The position numbers were made by a program, and so were the translations under genes. A DNA stretch of 64,000 nt from an uncultured delta proteobacterium. GTDB lineage: Bacteria > Myxococcota_A > Polyangia > Polyangiales > Polyangiaceae. This document shows, in pieces, positions 1-10,331 of the stretch. The notes under the pieces are model-generated. The model did no database searches. It saw nothing but the letters and a program-made list of their open reading frames with translations, and had not been told where the DNA came from. Location of the stretch: contig CAWDXG010000004.1 in assembly GCA_963806225.1 (NCBI GenBank), positions 4,544,001 to 4,608,000 of the forward strand. Reading direction: 5' to 3'. Position 1 is the first letter of the stretch. Each line of letters opens with the position of its first letter.

Positions 1-261
1 GGAACTATCGGTGCGCTGCTGGAATCCACCGCCATTTTCCAGCTGATGTGGGAGGCCGAGAGCGTCATCCTGCCGAAGACGATCAACGTCACCATAGAGT
101 ATCTGCGTTCGGGTCGCCCAGTGGACACCTTCGCCCACGGCGTCATCACCAAGCAGGGGCGTCGCGTCGCCAGCGTGCGCGTCGAAGCGTGGCAGGAAGA
201 CCGGAGCCGACCCATCGCAACGGCGCACGCGCACTTCCTGATCCGCCCAGCCGATGAATGA
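1..261 (+). CDS. PaaI/hot-dog fold thioesterase, 5' truncated by the window edge
   Basis: Frame is open from base 1: GTIGALLESTA...KTINVTIEYLRSG...VITKQGRRVASVRVEAWQ...IATAHAHF, a typical PaaI pattern. Confidence 0.85.
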   Translation, partial: GTIGALLESTAIFQLMWEAESVILPKTINVTIEYLRSGRPVDTFAHGVITKQGRRVASVRVEAWQEDRSRPIATAHAHFLIRPADE

Positions 262-541
262 ATAGCGGCTACGGGTAGTTGCAGGTCCGCGTCGCGCAGC
301 TCGTATTCATGCTCGACCGCCGGCTCGGCCCTGGCCCGCGGTCCCGCCGCTGGAAGCGCGGCCGGCAGCCCTTCGAAAAGCGATCTGCACGCATGACACG
401 CGGCGCATGTGATCGCCGTCAGATGAATCTCCACGGAACGCAACCGCTCCGGCTCGATTTGAGCTATGGAGACCCCAGCCTGGAGACCGCGCCCCCCCGC
501 CGGAGCGGGGTCGTCCAGGCCTCCCCGACAGCTGCTGGATC

Positions 542-2107
542 ATGAAAGTAGGCGTCCCCAGAGAGGTGCATGCCGGCGAACGACGTGTAGCCGCCACGCC
601 GGACACCACCGCCCGACTGAAGAAGCTCGGATTCGAGGTGCTCATCGAATCCGGAGCCGGCGAAGCAGCGTCGTTCCCCGACGCGGAGTACGAGAAGGCC
701 GGCGCCACGCTGGTGTCCGGAGCCGCCGAGCTCTGGGGCCAGTCGGACATCGTCCTCAAGGTGACGCCTCCCGAACCCGACGAAGCGGACCTGCTCCGCG
801 AGGGCGCCACGCTGGTCAGCTTCTTCTGGCCTGCGAGGAACAAGGAGCTCATCGAGCGGCTGGCCCAGCGCAAGGTCACCGTGCTTGCGATGGACCAGGT
901 GCCGCGCATCTCGCGCGCCCAGAAGCTGGACGCGCTCAGCTCCATGGCCAACATCGCCGGCTACCGCGCGGTGATCGAGGCGGCGGGCCTGTTCGGTCGT
1001 TTCTTCACCGGGCAGATGACGGCGGCCGGCAAGGTTCCGCCTGCCAAGGTCCTCGTGATCGGCGCGGGCGTGGCGGGCCTCGCCGCCATCGGAGCCGCAC
1101 GCGGACTCGGAGCCATCGTGCGCGCGTTCGACACGCGGCCAGCCGTCAAGGAGCAGGTCCAGAGCATGGGCGCCGACTTCCTCGAGCTCGACTTCCAGGA
1201 GGAGGGCGCGGGCCAGGGCGGCTACGCGAAGGTGATGAGCAAGGAGTTCATTGCCGCCGAAATGGCGCTGTTCGCCGCGCAGGCCAAGGACGTAGACATC
1301 ATCATCACCACCGCGCTGATCCCGGGCAGGCCAGCGCCCCGCCTGCTCAGCGAGGAGGTGGTCGAGAGCATGCACCCCGGCTCGGTCATTGTGGACCTGG
1401 CAGCCGAGACGGGTGGCAACTGCGCGCTGACGAAGCCGGGCGAGGTCGCACGCCACAAGGGCGTTGCGATCGTCGGCTACACCGACCTGCCCAGCCGTCT
1501 CGCCCCGACGGCCAGCCAGCTATACGGCAACAACCTGTGCCACCTGCTTTCGGACATGGGAGGCGCAGAGGGCTGGCACATCGACCTCGAAGACGAGGTC
1601 ACTCGCGGCGTCCTGGTGCTGCTGGACGGCGAGCTGATGTGGCCGCCTCCCAAGCCGGAGGCGGCGCCGGCAGCGAAACCCGCGGAGAAGCCCGCTCCTT
1701 CGAAGCCCGCTCCTCCACCCGCCGCCACTTCCGCGCAAGCGCCGCGCGAGGACGCCAGCGTCCACGGCGTGCGCACGGCGGTCTTCTCGATCATCGCAGC
1801 CGCGGCTCTGGTCGGCCTGGGAATGGTCGCGCCGAAGGAGCTGCTCTCGCACGTCACCGTGTTCGTACTCGCCTGCTTTGTCGGCTGGCAGGTTGTCTGG
1901 AACGTGACGCCGGCTCTGCACACGCCGCTCATGAGCGTCACCAACGCCATCAGCGGCATCATCCTGATCGGCGGCATGCTCGAGATCTCGGGCCACGTTA
2001 CTTCGTCGGTCACGATCCTCGGCGCTGCCGCCGTGCTGCTGGCGACGATCAATATTTCCGGCGGCTTCCTCGTCACGCAGCGCATGCTGCGCATGTTCCA
2101 CAAGTAG
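542..2107 (+). CDS. pntA: NAD(P) transhydrogenase subunit alpha
   Basis: [45 protein letters not shown] Rossmann motif, and C-terminal TM region [16 protein letters not shown]. Confidence 0.97.
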   Translation: MKVGVPREVHAGERRVAATPDTTARLKKLGFEVLIESGAGEAASFPDAEYEKAGATLVSGAAELWGQSDIVLKVTPPEPDEADLLREGATLVSFFWPARNKELIERLAQRKVTVLAMDQVPRISRAQKLDALSSMANIAGYRAVIEAAGLFGRFFTGQMTAAGKVPPAKVLVIGAGVAGLAAIGAARGLGAIVRAFDTRPAVKEQVQSMGADFLELDFQEEGAGQGGYAKVMSKEFIAAEMALFAAQAKDVDIIITTALIPGRPAPRLLSEEVVESMHPGSVIVDLAAETGGNCALTKPGEVARHKGVAIVGYTDLPSRLAPTASQLYGNNLCHLLSDMGGAEGWHIDLEDEVTRGVLVLLDGELMWPPPKPEAAPAAKPAEKPAPSKPAPPPAATSAQAPREDASVHGVRTAVFSIIAAAALVGLGMVAPKELLSHVTVFVLACFVGWQVVWNVTPALHTPLMSVTNAISGIILIGGMLEISGHVTSSVTILGAAAVLLATINISGGFLVTQRMLRMFHK

Positions 2108-2109
2108 CC

Positions 2110-3534
2110 ATGCCCGCGAGTCTCCTCACAGTTGCCTACATTGTGGCCGGCGTGCTGTTCATCTTCAGCCTCGCCGGGCTGAGCACCCAGGAGTCGGCGC
2201 GCCGCGGCAATCTGTTCGGCATCATCGGCATGCTGATCGCGCTGGGCGCGACCGCAGCCAGTGGGCGTGTGACCGGCTACGGCATGCTGGCGATCGTGGT
2301 CGCGATCGGCGCGGTGATCGGCGCCTTGATGGCTCTGCGCGTGGCGATGACCTCCATGCCGCAGCTTGTGGCTGCGCTGCACAGCTTCGTCGGCGCCGCC
2401 GCCGTTCTGGTCGGCTTCGCGAGCTACCTCGATCCAGACCACCACTTCACCGGCGCCGAGGCCACTATCCACTCGGTGGAGGTGTTCGTCGGCGTCTTCA
2501 TCGGCGCGATCACCCTCACCGGTTCGGTCGTCGCGTTCGGCAAGCTGCAGGGCATCATCCGCAGCAAGCCGCTGACGCTCCCGGCGCGGCACTGGCTGAA
2601 CCTCACGGTCGTCGGCGCTTCACTGTTCCTGGGTGCTCGCTTCCTCGGTGTCGCTTCGCCGCTGGGCCTGGTGGACCTGGTGGTGATGACGGCGCTGGCG
2701 AGCGTCCTGGGCGTTCATCTCGTGATGGCGATCGGCGGTGCGGACATGCCGGTCGTCGTGAGCATGCTCAACAGCTACAGCGGCTGGGCGGCGGCAGCGG
2801 CGGGCTTCATGCTCGACAACGATCTGCTCATCATCACGGGCGCGTTGGTGGGCTCGAGTGGCGCCATCCTGAGCTACATCATGTGCAAGGCGATGAACCG
2901 CTCCATCGTCAGTGTCATCTTCGGCGGTTTTGGAGCGGCCGAGGGCGCAGCGCCGGCCCCGGGCGGGGCCCCGGTCGGTGAAGCGGTGTCGGTCACCGCT
3001 TCTGAAACGGCCGACCTGTTGCGCGGCTCGAAGAGCGTGGTCGTGGTGCCCGGATACGGCATGGCGGTGGCACAGGCGCAGTACCCGCTGTACGAGGTGG
3101 CGCGCATGCTTCGCGACGCTGGCGCGAAGGTGCGCTTCGCGATCCATCCCGTCGCCGGGCGTCTGCCCGGGCACATGAACGTGCTCCTCGCCGAGGCGAA
3201 GGTCCCGTACGATATCGTCTTCGAGATGGACGAGATCAACGAGGACTTCCCGGAAACGGACACGGTCCTGGTGATCGGCGCGAACGACATCGTCAATCCC
3301 GGTGCGCTGGACGACGCCTCGAGCCCCATCTACGGCATGCCCGTGCTCGAGGTGTGGAAGGCGAAGACCACTATCGTGATGAAGCGCAGCCTGGCCACCG
3401 GCTACGCGGGCGTCGACAATCCGCTCTTCTACAAGGACAACACGCGGATGCTATTCGGCGACGCGAAGAAGAACGTCGACGCCATCCTGGCCGAGCTCCG
3501 CGCCTCCAGCGGTGCCGCGGCAGCAGCGGAATAG
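2110..3534 (+). CDS. pntB: NAD(P) transhydrogenase subunit beta
   Basis: ATG at 2110 directly after the pntA stop; [61 protein letters not shown]. Confidence 0.97.
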   Translation: MPASLLTVAYIVAGVLFIFSLAGLSTQESARRGNLFGIIGMLIALGATAASGRVTGYGMLAIVVAIGAVIGALMALRVAMTSMPQLVAALHSFVGAAAVLVGFASYLDPDHHFTGAEATIHSVEVFVGVFIGAITLTGSVVAFGKLQGIIRSKPLTLPARHWLNLTVVGASLFLGARFLGVASPLGLVDLVVMTALASVLGVHLVMAIGGADMPVVVSMLNSYSGWAAAAAGFMLDNDLLIITGALVGSSGAILSYIMCKAMNRSIVSVIFGGFGAAEGAAPAPGGAPVGEAVSVTASETADLLRGSKSVVVVPGYGMAVAQAQYPLYEVARMLRDAGAKVRFAIHPVAGRLPGHMNVLLAEAKVPYDIVFEMDEINEDFPETDTVLVIGANDIVNPGALDDASSPIYGMPVLEVWKAKTTIVMKRSLATGYAGVDNPLFYKDNTRMLFGDAKKNVDAILAELRASSGAAAAAE

Positions 3535-3598
3535 CCCGGCGGCGAGCGCGCCGGGGAACCCGGCATCCGGAGCGGGAGGATTCGGGTACCATCGCAGG

Positions 3599-4645
3599 AT
3601 GCGGTGGGGTGCAGTTCTGGCTCTGGCGGCGGTGCTTGCGAGCCCGCCGGCGGCGGCGTTCCAGCTGGACGACTCGCTGAAAGGTTCGACCGTGGGGCAC
3701 CCTGTCGGCGGATCGATCGGCGCCAATGGCTGGACGGTGACGAGCCGGACCGATCGGCTCTGGTATTCGATCCCGACGCTGGTCTCGGGGTCGATCGAGT
3801 TCACGGTGACGAACCTCACGACGGCAGGGCTCTTCCCGGGCGACAACGAGCTGTTCGCCATGTACGAGGACGGCTACGGCATGGGCGAGCCGATCGCGTA
3901 CAACCCCGCGCTGCGAAACAATTTCGAGAAATGCATGCTGCGCGTGTACGGCCCGCAGGATGCATCGCGCCTCGGACAGCAGAAGCTGATGTGGGGGCTC
4001 TGCAACGGTGGCGATCCGGGCTACGGCACGTGCCCCTGTGCGAGCTCGTTCTTCGAGGAACCGTTCGGCGGTGACGGGAACTGGGACGGTTCGCCGCAGC
4101 GGATCCGGATCGAGTGGGGCTCGGGCCACGCGCGGCTGCTCCGCAACGGCGGCGTTGTGCTCGACATCGACTACTCGGGCAGCGGGCTCACCTACGGTCC
4201 CAGTGAGCAGCACTTCTCGCTCGGCACGGCGCGCGCTTCCGCGGTCGGCACCTCCGGCATGCCCACCGGCATCGTGTTCAGCGACGTGTCGGTGAGCGGC
4301 ACCCAGGGCAGCGCGCTGGTCTGCAGCCCGGTGCCGCCGGACGCGGGCAGCGGCGGCAGCGCGGGCTCCGGCGGGTCACCGACGGTGGACAGCGGCAGCC
4401 CGGACACGACCGCGGGCGGCGGCGCGAGTGGCGGCGGCGCGAGTGGCGGCGGCGCGAGTGGCGACGGCGCTGCGAGCGGAGGCACCGGCGGCACCGCGGA
4501 CGGCGGATTGCCGTCGCGCGGCAGCACCGTCGCAGACGCGGGCGGGTGCGGCTGTCGCGTGGGTGGGAGGCGTGGCGGAGCGGGCGCGCTGTTCGCGGCG
4601 ACCCTTGCGCTGCTCGTGGGGTGGCGCCGCCGTCGAGGCGCGTGA
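3599..4645 (+). CDS. Secreted protein with Gly-rich linker and MYXO-CTERM sorting signal
   Basis: Signal peptide MRWGAVLALAAVLASPPAAA; C-terminal GGCGCRVG, hydrophobic stretch, RRRR. Confidence 0.8.
   Translation: MRWGAVLALAAVLASPPAAAFQLDDSLKGSTVGHPVGGSIGANGWTVTSRTDRLWYSIPTLVSGSIEFTVTNLTTAGLFPGDNELFAMYEDGYGMGEPIAYNPALRNNFEKCMLRVYGPQDASRLGQQKLMWGLCNGGDPGYGTCPCASSFFEEPFGGDGNWDGSPQRIRIEWGSGHARLLRNGGVVLDIDYSGSGLTYGPSEQHFSLGTARASAVGTSGMPTGIVFSDVSVSGTQGSALVCSPVPPDAGSGGSAGSGGSPTVDSGSPDTTAGGGASGGGASGGGASGDGAASGGTGGTADGGLPSRGSTVADAGGCGCRVGGRRGGAGALFAATLALLVGWRRRRGA
4415..4459 (+). repeat. 15-bp tandem repeat (GGGAS x3) in a coding linker
   Basis: ggcggcggcgcgagt repeated three times. Confidence 0.8.
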
Positions 4646-4734
4646 TTCGCCCGTCGAAAAGCGCACGAAGCCGCAATGCCTGCACGCGCTGCGTCGTTGC
4701 CGACAGATAGCGCGGCGCGCTACGCTTTTTGATC

Positions 4735-5523
4735 GTGCGGCGCGCTGTTCCTTTTCTGGTCGGGGCAGGGATGCTCCTTCTGGCCCCACTGGCTCTGGCA
4801 GTTGGGCACCGGCACGTCGTTCCAGCGGCTGCCACGGCCCCTACGCCAACCAGGAGCAGCCCGGAGCACGCGCCGTCGCGGCCCTCGAAGCTCGAAAAGC
4901 GGAGCTACGTCGTGGCGGCCATCGGCGACTCGCTGACGGACACGCGCGTCGGCGGTGGGCGCTATCTGGTGGAGCTGCAGAAGCGCTGCCCGAAAAGCCG
5001 TTTCGACGCGTACGGCGTCGGCGGTCAGCGCACCGATCAGATGCGCTGGCGTCTGATGCAGGATCTGTTCGGCGTCGGGCTGCCGCGCCGCCTGTCGCGG
5101 AACAAGCCGCACTACACGCACGTGATCATCTTCGGCGGCGTGAACGATCTGCTCGCGGGATTGCTGGTCGGTCCGAGACGCCTCCGCCGCACTGAACACA
5201 ATCTGTCGTGGATGTACCGGACGGCGCGCGAGCACGGTGTGAAGGTGATCGCGATGACGGTGCCGCCCTGGGGACGGCTGCGCGGGGTCGTCGACCGTCG
5301 GGTCGAGGCGACGCACAGGCTCAACACGTGGATGTTCAAGCAGGAGAAGCTCGGCAAGCTGGATGCCGTGTTCGACACCTATCCGCTCTTGAGCTGCGGC
5401 GACCCCAACGTGCTCTGTCGGAGCTACCGCCGCTTCGTGAACGACGACGTCCACTGGGGGCGCCGCGGCCACAAGTTGATCGGTGACGCGCTCTACAAGC
5501 AGGTGTTCCCCGACTGCGAGTAG
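4735..5523 (+). CDS. SGNH/GDSL hydrolase, exported
   Basis: GDSLT, GVGG, GGVND and DDVH catalytic blocks; N-terminal signal or TM segment. Start is GTG 4735 or TTG 4729. Confidence 0.88.
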   Translation: MRRAVPFLVGAGMLLLAPLALAVGHRHVVPAAATAPTPTRSSPEHAPSRPSKLEKRSYVVAAIGDSLTDTRVGGGRYLVELQKRCPKSRFDAYGVGGQRTDQMRWRLMQDLFGVGLPRRLSRNKPHYTHVIIFGGVNDLLAGLLVGPRRLRRTEHNLSWMYRTAREHGVKVIAMTVPPWGRLRGVVDRRVEATHRLNTWMFKQEKLGKLDAVFDTYPLLSCGDPNVLCRSYRRFVNDDVHWGRRGHKLIGDALYKQVFPDCE

Positions 5524-5541
5524 CTGCTAGATTGCCCGTCG

Positions 5542-6405
5542 ATGGCATCTCCCCAGCCCCTCGTGCTTGCACCCGTCCCCGCGACGGCGCGTTCCGTCAC
5601 TTTCACGCTGCGCGCGGCAAGCGATCCGCGCGCGGGTCTGACGGCTCTCGCCGCCGCTGTCCAGCCTGGGATGACCGTGCTCGGTCTCGGTGCGCCGCTG
5701 GTGGCGGCCCTCGGCGCGGAGGTCCCCGGCTTGCGCGCCTTCCCAGCGCTCCCGGGTCCGGGGGTCCACGTGCCGTCCACCCAGGGTGCGGTGTGGCTGC
5801 TCATGCGCGGCGCCGATCGCGGGGCTGTGGACGACCGCGTGCGTCGCGCGCGCAGCGTGCTGGGTGACGCCTACCAGGTTGCCGACGACGTGGAACTGTT
5901 CAAGTACCGGGACGGGCGGGATCTGACGGGCTACGTGGACGGAACCGAGAACCCGACGGACGAGGCTGCCGTCCAAGCCGCGATCGCCGCCGACGGCTCG
6001 AGCTTCGTGGCCGTGCAGCGCTGGGCTCACGACCTCGAGTGGTTCGGGCGGCTGCCCGAGCAGGAGCGGGACCACGTCTTCGGCCGCCGTGCCAGCGACA
6101 ACGAGGAGCTGGACGATGCGCCGGACTACGCTCACGTCAAACGTGCCGCGCAGGAGAGCTTCGATCCGGAGGCGTTCATGGTGCGGCGCTCGATGCCGTA
6201 CATCAACCGGCGCGAGAAGGGGCTGTTGTTCATCGCCTACGGCGAGAGTCTCGATCGTTACGAGCGGGTGCTGAGGCGCATGGCCGGCCTCGACGACGGC
6301 ATCGTCGATGGTCTGTTCCGGTTCAGCCGTCCTGCCACAGGGAGCTACTACTGGTGCCCGCCGGTCGCGGGCGGGCGTGTCGATCTGTCGAGCGTCGGGC
6401 TCTGA
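5542..6405 (+). CDS. Dyp-type peroxidase
   Basis: RDLTGYVDGTENP (GxxDG), AHVKR, MVRRSMPY, GLLFIAY, TGSYYWCP. Confidence 0.93.
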   Translation: MASPQPLVLAPVPATARSVTFTLRAASDPRAGLTALAAAVQPGMTVLGLGAPLVAALGAEVPGLRAFPALPGPGVHVPSTQGAVWLLMRGADRGAVDDRVRRARSVLGDAYQVADDVELFKYRDGRDLTGYVDGTENPTDEAAVQAAIAADGSSFVAVQRWAHDLEWFGRLPEQERDHVFGRRASDNEELDDAPDYAHVKRAAQESFDPEAFMVRRSMPYINRREKGLLFIAYGESLDRYERVLRRMAGLDDGIVDGLFRFSRPATGSYYWCPPVAGGRVDLSSVGL

Positions 6406-6407
6406 CG

Positions 6408-8237
6408 CTACGGCCAGCGCAGGAGCGATACCGCAGGGATGTGCACCGACGCGCCGATCGCGGGCGGCTTGAAGCTCGCGAAGCCGTGCCGCGTCCAGAC
6501 GATCCAGTCGAGCCCGGGGGCCTCGAGCGGGCGGTCGAACGTGACGCGGACCAGCGCCGGGCGGCCGTCCGCAGTCTCTTCGACGACCTGGACGTTGTCG
6601 CCGTCGACCCGGACGCTCGTGCCCACCGGCATGCGGTGACGCGGATCCCGCACAAGCAGCTCGGTTCCTCCCTGGATGAATCCGCCGGCGGATCGCACCA
6701 GCAGTGTTCGCGGGCCGGTGCGGTAGAGGTCCACCGCACGCGTCCCCACCGCGAGCGGAAACAGGCTGGCGGGTATCGGCTGGCCGTGGGCCCAGCGCGT
6801 GACCAGTAGATACCCGGTGAAGGCTCCGTCCGGTGCGTTGACCAGCACGACGCGACGCTGCGGGAGACCCGGCGCCTCCGGAAAAGTGGCCGCGAGCTGG
6901 TCCGCCACATGCTGCATGAAGGCGAACTGGAACGCGCCCACCTGGAACACCAGCGGCGAGAGCAGCAGATGCCCCCCGCCCGCCCAGACCGCGATCGCGA
7001 CGAAAGGCGCGCGCAGCGCTCGGCGCGAAGGCAGAGCGGGGCTCCGCTCGACCACCGAGTGGACCATCAACGCCACCAGCCCGATCAAACCGAACCCCGC
7101 GAGCAGAAGCGTGCGCGCCGACGGTGCGACTGCCGAGATCGGAACAGCGGCCAGCGCCGCGCCGAGCAGGAAGAAGCGCGCGACCGCGCTCCGTCGAACC
7201 AGCGGCACGATCGCGAATGCGGCCAGCGCCAGCACGCCGACCGCGATCGCGATCAAGGCGAGCTGGAGAGATCCGGACACCAGCGGGTAGGCATCCGGCG
7301 TCGGAGCGCCGAGCTCCGCGGCGAGCAGCAGCGACAGGTTCACGGGCAGATGGCGCGCGAACAACAGCGGCGAGCGGAGGGGGTCGTAGTACAGCCCCGA
7401 GCCCCGCACGCCGTAGTGACCGAAGTGGTAGATAGCGGCCCACGCCGCCACGACGGCGGCGTGCGGAGCCAGCGAAAATGCACGGCGGCGCCCGCGGGAC
7501 GGGTCGAGGAACAGCGCGTAGGCCGCGAGATAGCCGGTAATCCCCAGCGCCGCCTCGCCCGCAAGCAGCGCCAAGGCCAGCACGAGCGGCGACAGCCAGG
7601 CCGCGACGCGGCGGCCCGCCCGTCCCTGCACGTACAGCCACAGCGCCGCGAGCGCAAAGGCGCCGCTGACCAGGATGTTGCGGTTGGCGATCCATCCGAC
7701 GGGCGTGCCGTGCGTGTGATCCAGGGCGTAGAGCAGCGCGGCGAAGCCCGCTGCCCAGCCAGCTCCGATCGTGCGGCGGTAGAGCGCCGCCGCAAGGGCG
7801 ACAACGAGCAGAAACCAGGCGATCGACTGCGCGTGCATCAAGAGCGGCGTGCCGGGCCACAGCTGGTAGTCGAGCCAATGGGTCACCGCACTGACCGGTC
7901 TGAGGAAGCTGATCCTGAGCGCCGGATCGGCCCACCACGCGCCGATGCCCTGATCGAGCAGCCACTGGCTGCGCGCCGGATCGCCGTCATAGAAGGTGAA
8001 CAGGGCGAACCCCGGTTTCAGCGCCGGCGCCCATCGTGCCGCGTGGGTCAGATAGATCCGGTGCCAGTAGTCGTCGGCTGCGAGCCCCGCGAACAGCGAC
8101 GGCAACGCCACGATCGCCGCCGCCACGAGTGACACGAGCGTTGCGCGCGGCCCTGCGAGCAGCGCCCGCGCCCGGGCGAAGCGGCCGCCTGGATGAAGCT
8201 CCCCCGCCTGATCGTCCTGGGAGCCTCCGGAGCCCAT
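6408..8237 (-). CDS. Polytopic membrane protein, probable GT-C fold (TMTC-like) glycosyltransferase
   Basis: Many TM helices; ADDY after TM1, FLRPV, HTHGTPVGWIANR and LLAGEA resemble TMTC DD / RP / H..EaV.wi..R / lsKE motifs. Confidence 0.55.
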   Translation of the reverse strand: MGSGGSQDDQAGELHPGGRFARARALLAGPRATLVSLVAAAIVALPSLFAGLAADDYWHRIYLTHAARWAPALKPGFALFTFYDGDPARSQWLLDQGIGAWWADPALRISFLRPVSAVTHWLDYQLWPGTPLLMHAQSIAWFLLVVALAAALYRRTIGAGWAAGFAALLYALDHTHGTPVGWIANRNILVSGAFALAALWLYVQGRAGRRVAAWLSPLVLALALLAGEAALGITGYLAAYALFLDPSRGRRRAFSLAPHAAVVAAWAAIYHFGHYGVRGSGLYYDPLRSPLLFARHLPVNLSLLLAAELGAPTPDAYPLVSGSLQLALIAIAVGVLALAAFAIVPLVRRSAVARFFLLGAALAAVPISAVAPSARTLLLAGFGLIGLVALMVHSVVERSPALPSRRALRAPFVAIAVWAGGGHLLLSPLVFQVGAFQFAFMQHVADQLAATFPEAPGLPQRRVVLVNAPDGAFTGYLLVTRWAHGQPIPASLFPLAVGTRAVDLYRTGPRTLLVRSAGGFIQGGTELLVRDPRHRMPVGTSVRVDGDNVQVVEETADGRPALVRVTFDRPLEAPGLDWIVWTRHGFASFKPPAIGASVHIPAVSLLRWP

Positions 8238-8315
8238 GGGCCCAGCCTAGCCCAGCGAGCGCCGAACGTGTCCGCTAGCCCCTACCGATCCCCGGGTTCG
8301 CGTCTACGATTGGGC

Positions 8316-9209
8316 ATGGCTCTCCCCCGCGGATTCGAAGACGCTCTGGGCGTGGGGCGCACGGCCGCGCGCTATCTCGCCGAGGCGCGGCCGGCGAGTC
8401 GCTCTTTCATGTCGGACGGCGTCCCCATCCACTACACGGAAGTGGGCGACGGGCCGCCCGTCGTGCTCGTTCATGGCTTTGCGGTCAGCGGTGATCTCAA
8501 CTGGCGGCTGCCCGGGGTCACCCGGAAGATCGCGCGGGACTACCGGGTCATCACGGTCGATCTGCGCGGACACGGGCGGAGCGGCAAGCCGCATGCGCTC
8601 GAGGCCTACGGCGACAACCTGACGCTCGACATCGTGCGTCTGCTCGATCACCTCGGGCTCGAGCGGGCCCACGTTGCCGGCTACTCGCTGGGCGGCTTCG
8701 TCACGCTGAAGCTGGCGGTCTTCGCCCCCGAGCGGCTGCTGAGCGCGTCGATCCTCGGTGCGGGCTGGGAGCCGCCGGACAACAGCGCGCTCCTCGACGC
8801 GCTGCCCAGGCTGGCCGAGTCGCTCGAAGCGGGGCGCGGCATCGGTCCCGTTGCGGGGAATCTCGGAAGCGAGCGCAAGAAGCCCGGGCTCGGCCACCGG
8901 CTGTGGGTGAAGCTGATGACCCGCTACTTCAACGACCAGCGCGCCCTCATCGGGGTTATCCGCTCGGTGCCCGGGCTCGCCGTGAGCGAGGCGGAGCTCC
9001 GCGCCGTGACGGTTCCGCTGTGCAGTATCGTTGGCAGTCGCGATCCGCTCATCGAGAGCGCCCGGGCGATGTGCGACGTCGTCGCTGATCTTGCCGTGAC
9101 GGTGATTCCGGATGCCGACCACATCCAGGCACCCGCCCGCCCCGAGCTGCACGCGGCGCTTCGGCAGTTCTTCGAGTCCGTGGAGGCCGGGTCCGCTGCT
9201 CGAGCGTGA
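8316..9209 (+). CDS. Alpha/beta fold hydrolase
   Basis: VLVHGF, DLRGHGRS, GYSLGG nucleophile elbow, GSRD and ADH. Confidence 0.9.
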   Translation: MALPRGFEDALGVGRTAARYLAEARPASRSFMSDGVPIHYTEVGDGPPVVLVHGFAVSGDLNWRLPGVTRKIARDYRVITVDLRGHGRSGKPHALEAYGDNLTLDIVRLLDHLGLERAHVAGYSLGGFVTLKLAVFAPERLLSASILGAGWEPPDNSALLDALPRLAESLEAGRGIGPVAGNLGSERKKPGLGHRLWVKLMTRYFNDQRALIGVIRSVPGLAVSEAELRAVTVPLCSIVGSRDPLIESARAMCDVVADLAVTVIPDADHIQAPARPELHAALRQFFESVEAGSAARA

Positions 9210-9258
9210 GCCCGCGACAGGGAAGCATCGCCGGCGCGCGGACGTACGCTCGCGTGCC

Positions 9259-10182
9259 ATGCTCCAGTCGCGCCTTTTGGCGGTGCTCGCCGCTGCCGCC
9301 CTTGTCCTGTCGGTAACCGCAGGTGCGGAGGCGCAGGAAGTCCAGCTCACCGGCGCGCTCAGCGGCGCCCCGGTGGTGCGCGACGCGTCGTATTCCAGCC
9401 CGAGCAGCAGGACTGCCAACGCCATTGTCATGCCCTCCGGACAGATGGAGGTGGCCGGCGAGATGGCATTCCTGACAGCCGATCCCTGGCTGTCGCACGC
9501 GGGCATCCGCTTCACCGATCTGGCCCTGTTCCGCGCGCGCGCGCGCCGGGCGCTGTCGAACCGCCTGGAGCTGTTCCTGGGCTCCGAGCTCTTGGCGAAG
9601 CAGCCCGCCGACATCGACGAGCCGGTGTGGCAGGGCGCAAACGGCGGAATGACGCTCGCCTTCAGCCGCGTCTTCGCCGCCCAGATCGCCGGCGGCGGCG
9701 GCCCCCTGCTCGACCACGCGGGATGGTACTGGCAGGCATCGCCCGGCCTGCTCGCGAAGACCAGTATCGGCGACCTCGTGCGCTTCGCCGTCCACGCGAA
9801 CGACTCGTTCACCGTGCTCGAACGGAAGCCGCGCATCGCCTGGCTGGAGGAGCTTGGGGTGGGGGGCCAGGCCGAGTGGGGCGACCGGCACGGCGCACTG
9901 TGGCTCGGCATCGACTATGCCGTGCCGATCGGCTGGGGTCCGCGTTCGAGCGCGGCAGGGCCCCCACGCGGCTACCTCGCGCCTCGCGTCCGGACCGGGC
10001 TCAGCGTTGGAGGCGTGCTCAGCGTGAGTCGCGAGGGCTGGGATCTGTACGGCACCTACTCCGTCATCGACCGCGGTGAAGCCGACCAGCCAGCCACCAC
10101 GCTTCCCATCCTCGACGGCGGATTCGACCAGCGCCAGCTGATCTTCGGGGTGGAGCACCGTTTCGGCGAGAAGAACCGCTGA
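9259..10182 (+). CDS. Exported hypothetical protein, possibly an outer-membrane beta-barrel
   Basis: Signal peptide ending AEA-Q; amphipathic beta-strand pattern; ends near LIFGVEHRF. Confidence 0.65.
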   Translation: MLQSRLLAVLAAAALVLSVTAGAEAQEVQLTGALSGAPVVRDASYSSPSSRTANAIVMPSGQMEVAGEMAFLTADPWLSHAGIRFTDLALFRARARRALSNRLELFLGSELLAKQPADIDEPVWQGANGGMTLAFSRVFAAQIAGGGGPLLDHAGWYWQASPGLLAKTSIGDLVRFAVHANDSFTVLERKPRIAWLEELGVGGQAEWGDRHGALWLGIDYAVPIGWGPRSSAAGPPRGYLAPRVRTGLSVGGVLSVSREGWDLYGTYSVIDRGEADQPATTLPILDGGFDQRQLIFGVEHRFGEKNR

Positions 10183-10331
10183 GCCAGCCCACGCGGATGG
10201 CGTCGCCGATTGCGCCAACGTAAGGAGAGACGAGTCCATGTTCGCGCGCGCCGGCGTCTTCTCCAGCTTCGCACCCTGCGCGCTTCCGGGCGCGCCACGA
10301 GCTACCGCGCACCGGCGCTGACTGCGCTACG

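Noticed and set aside
466..3534. 1022-aa ORF suggesting a long N-terminal extension of PntB
   Set aside because: The first ~550 codons are an off-frame read of pntA. The real PntB starts at ATG 2110.
5542..6405. DyP as encapsulin cargo
   Set aside because: No C-terminal targeting extension and no adjacent encapsulin gene.
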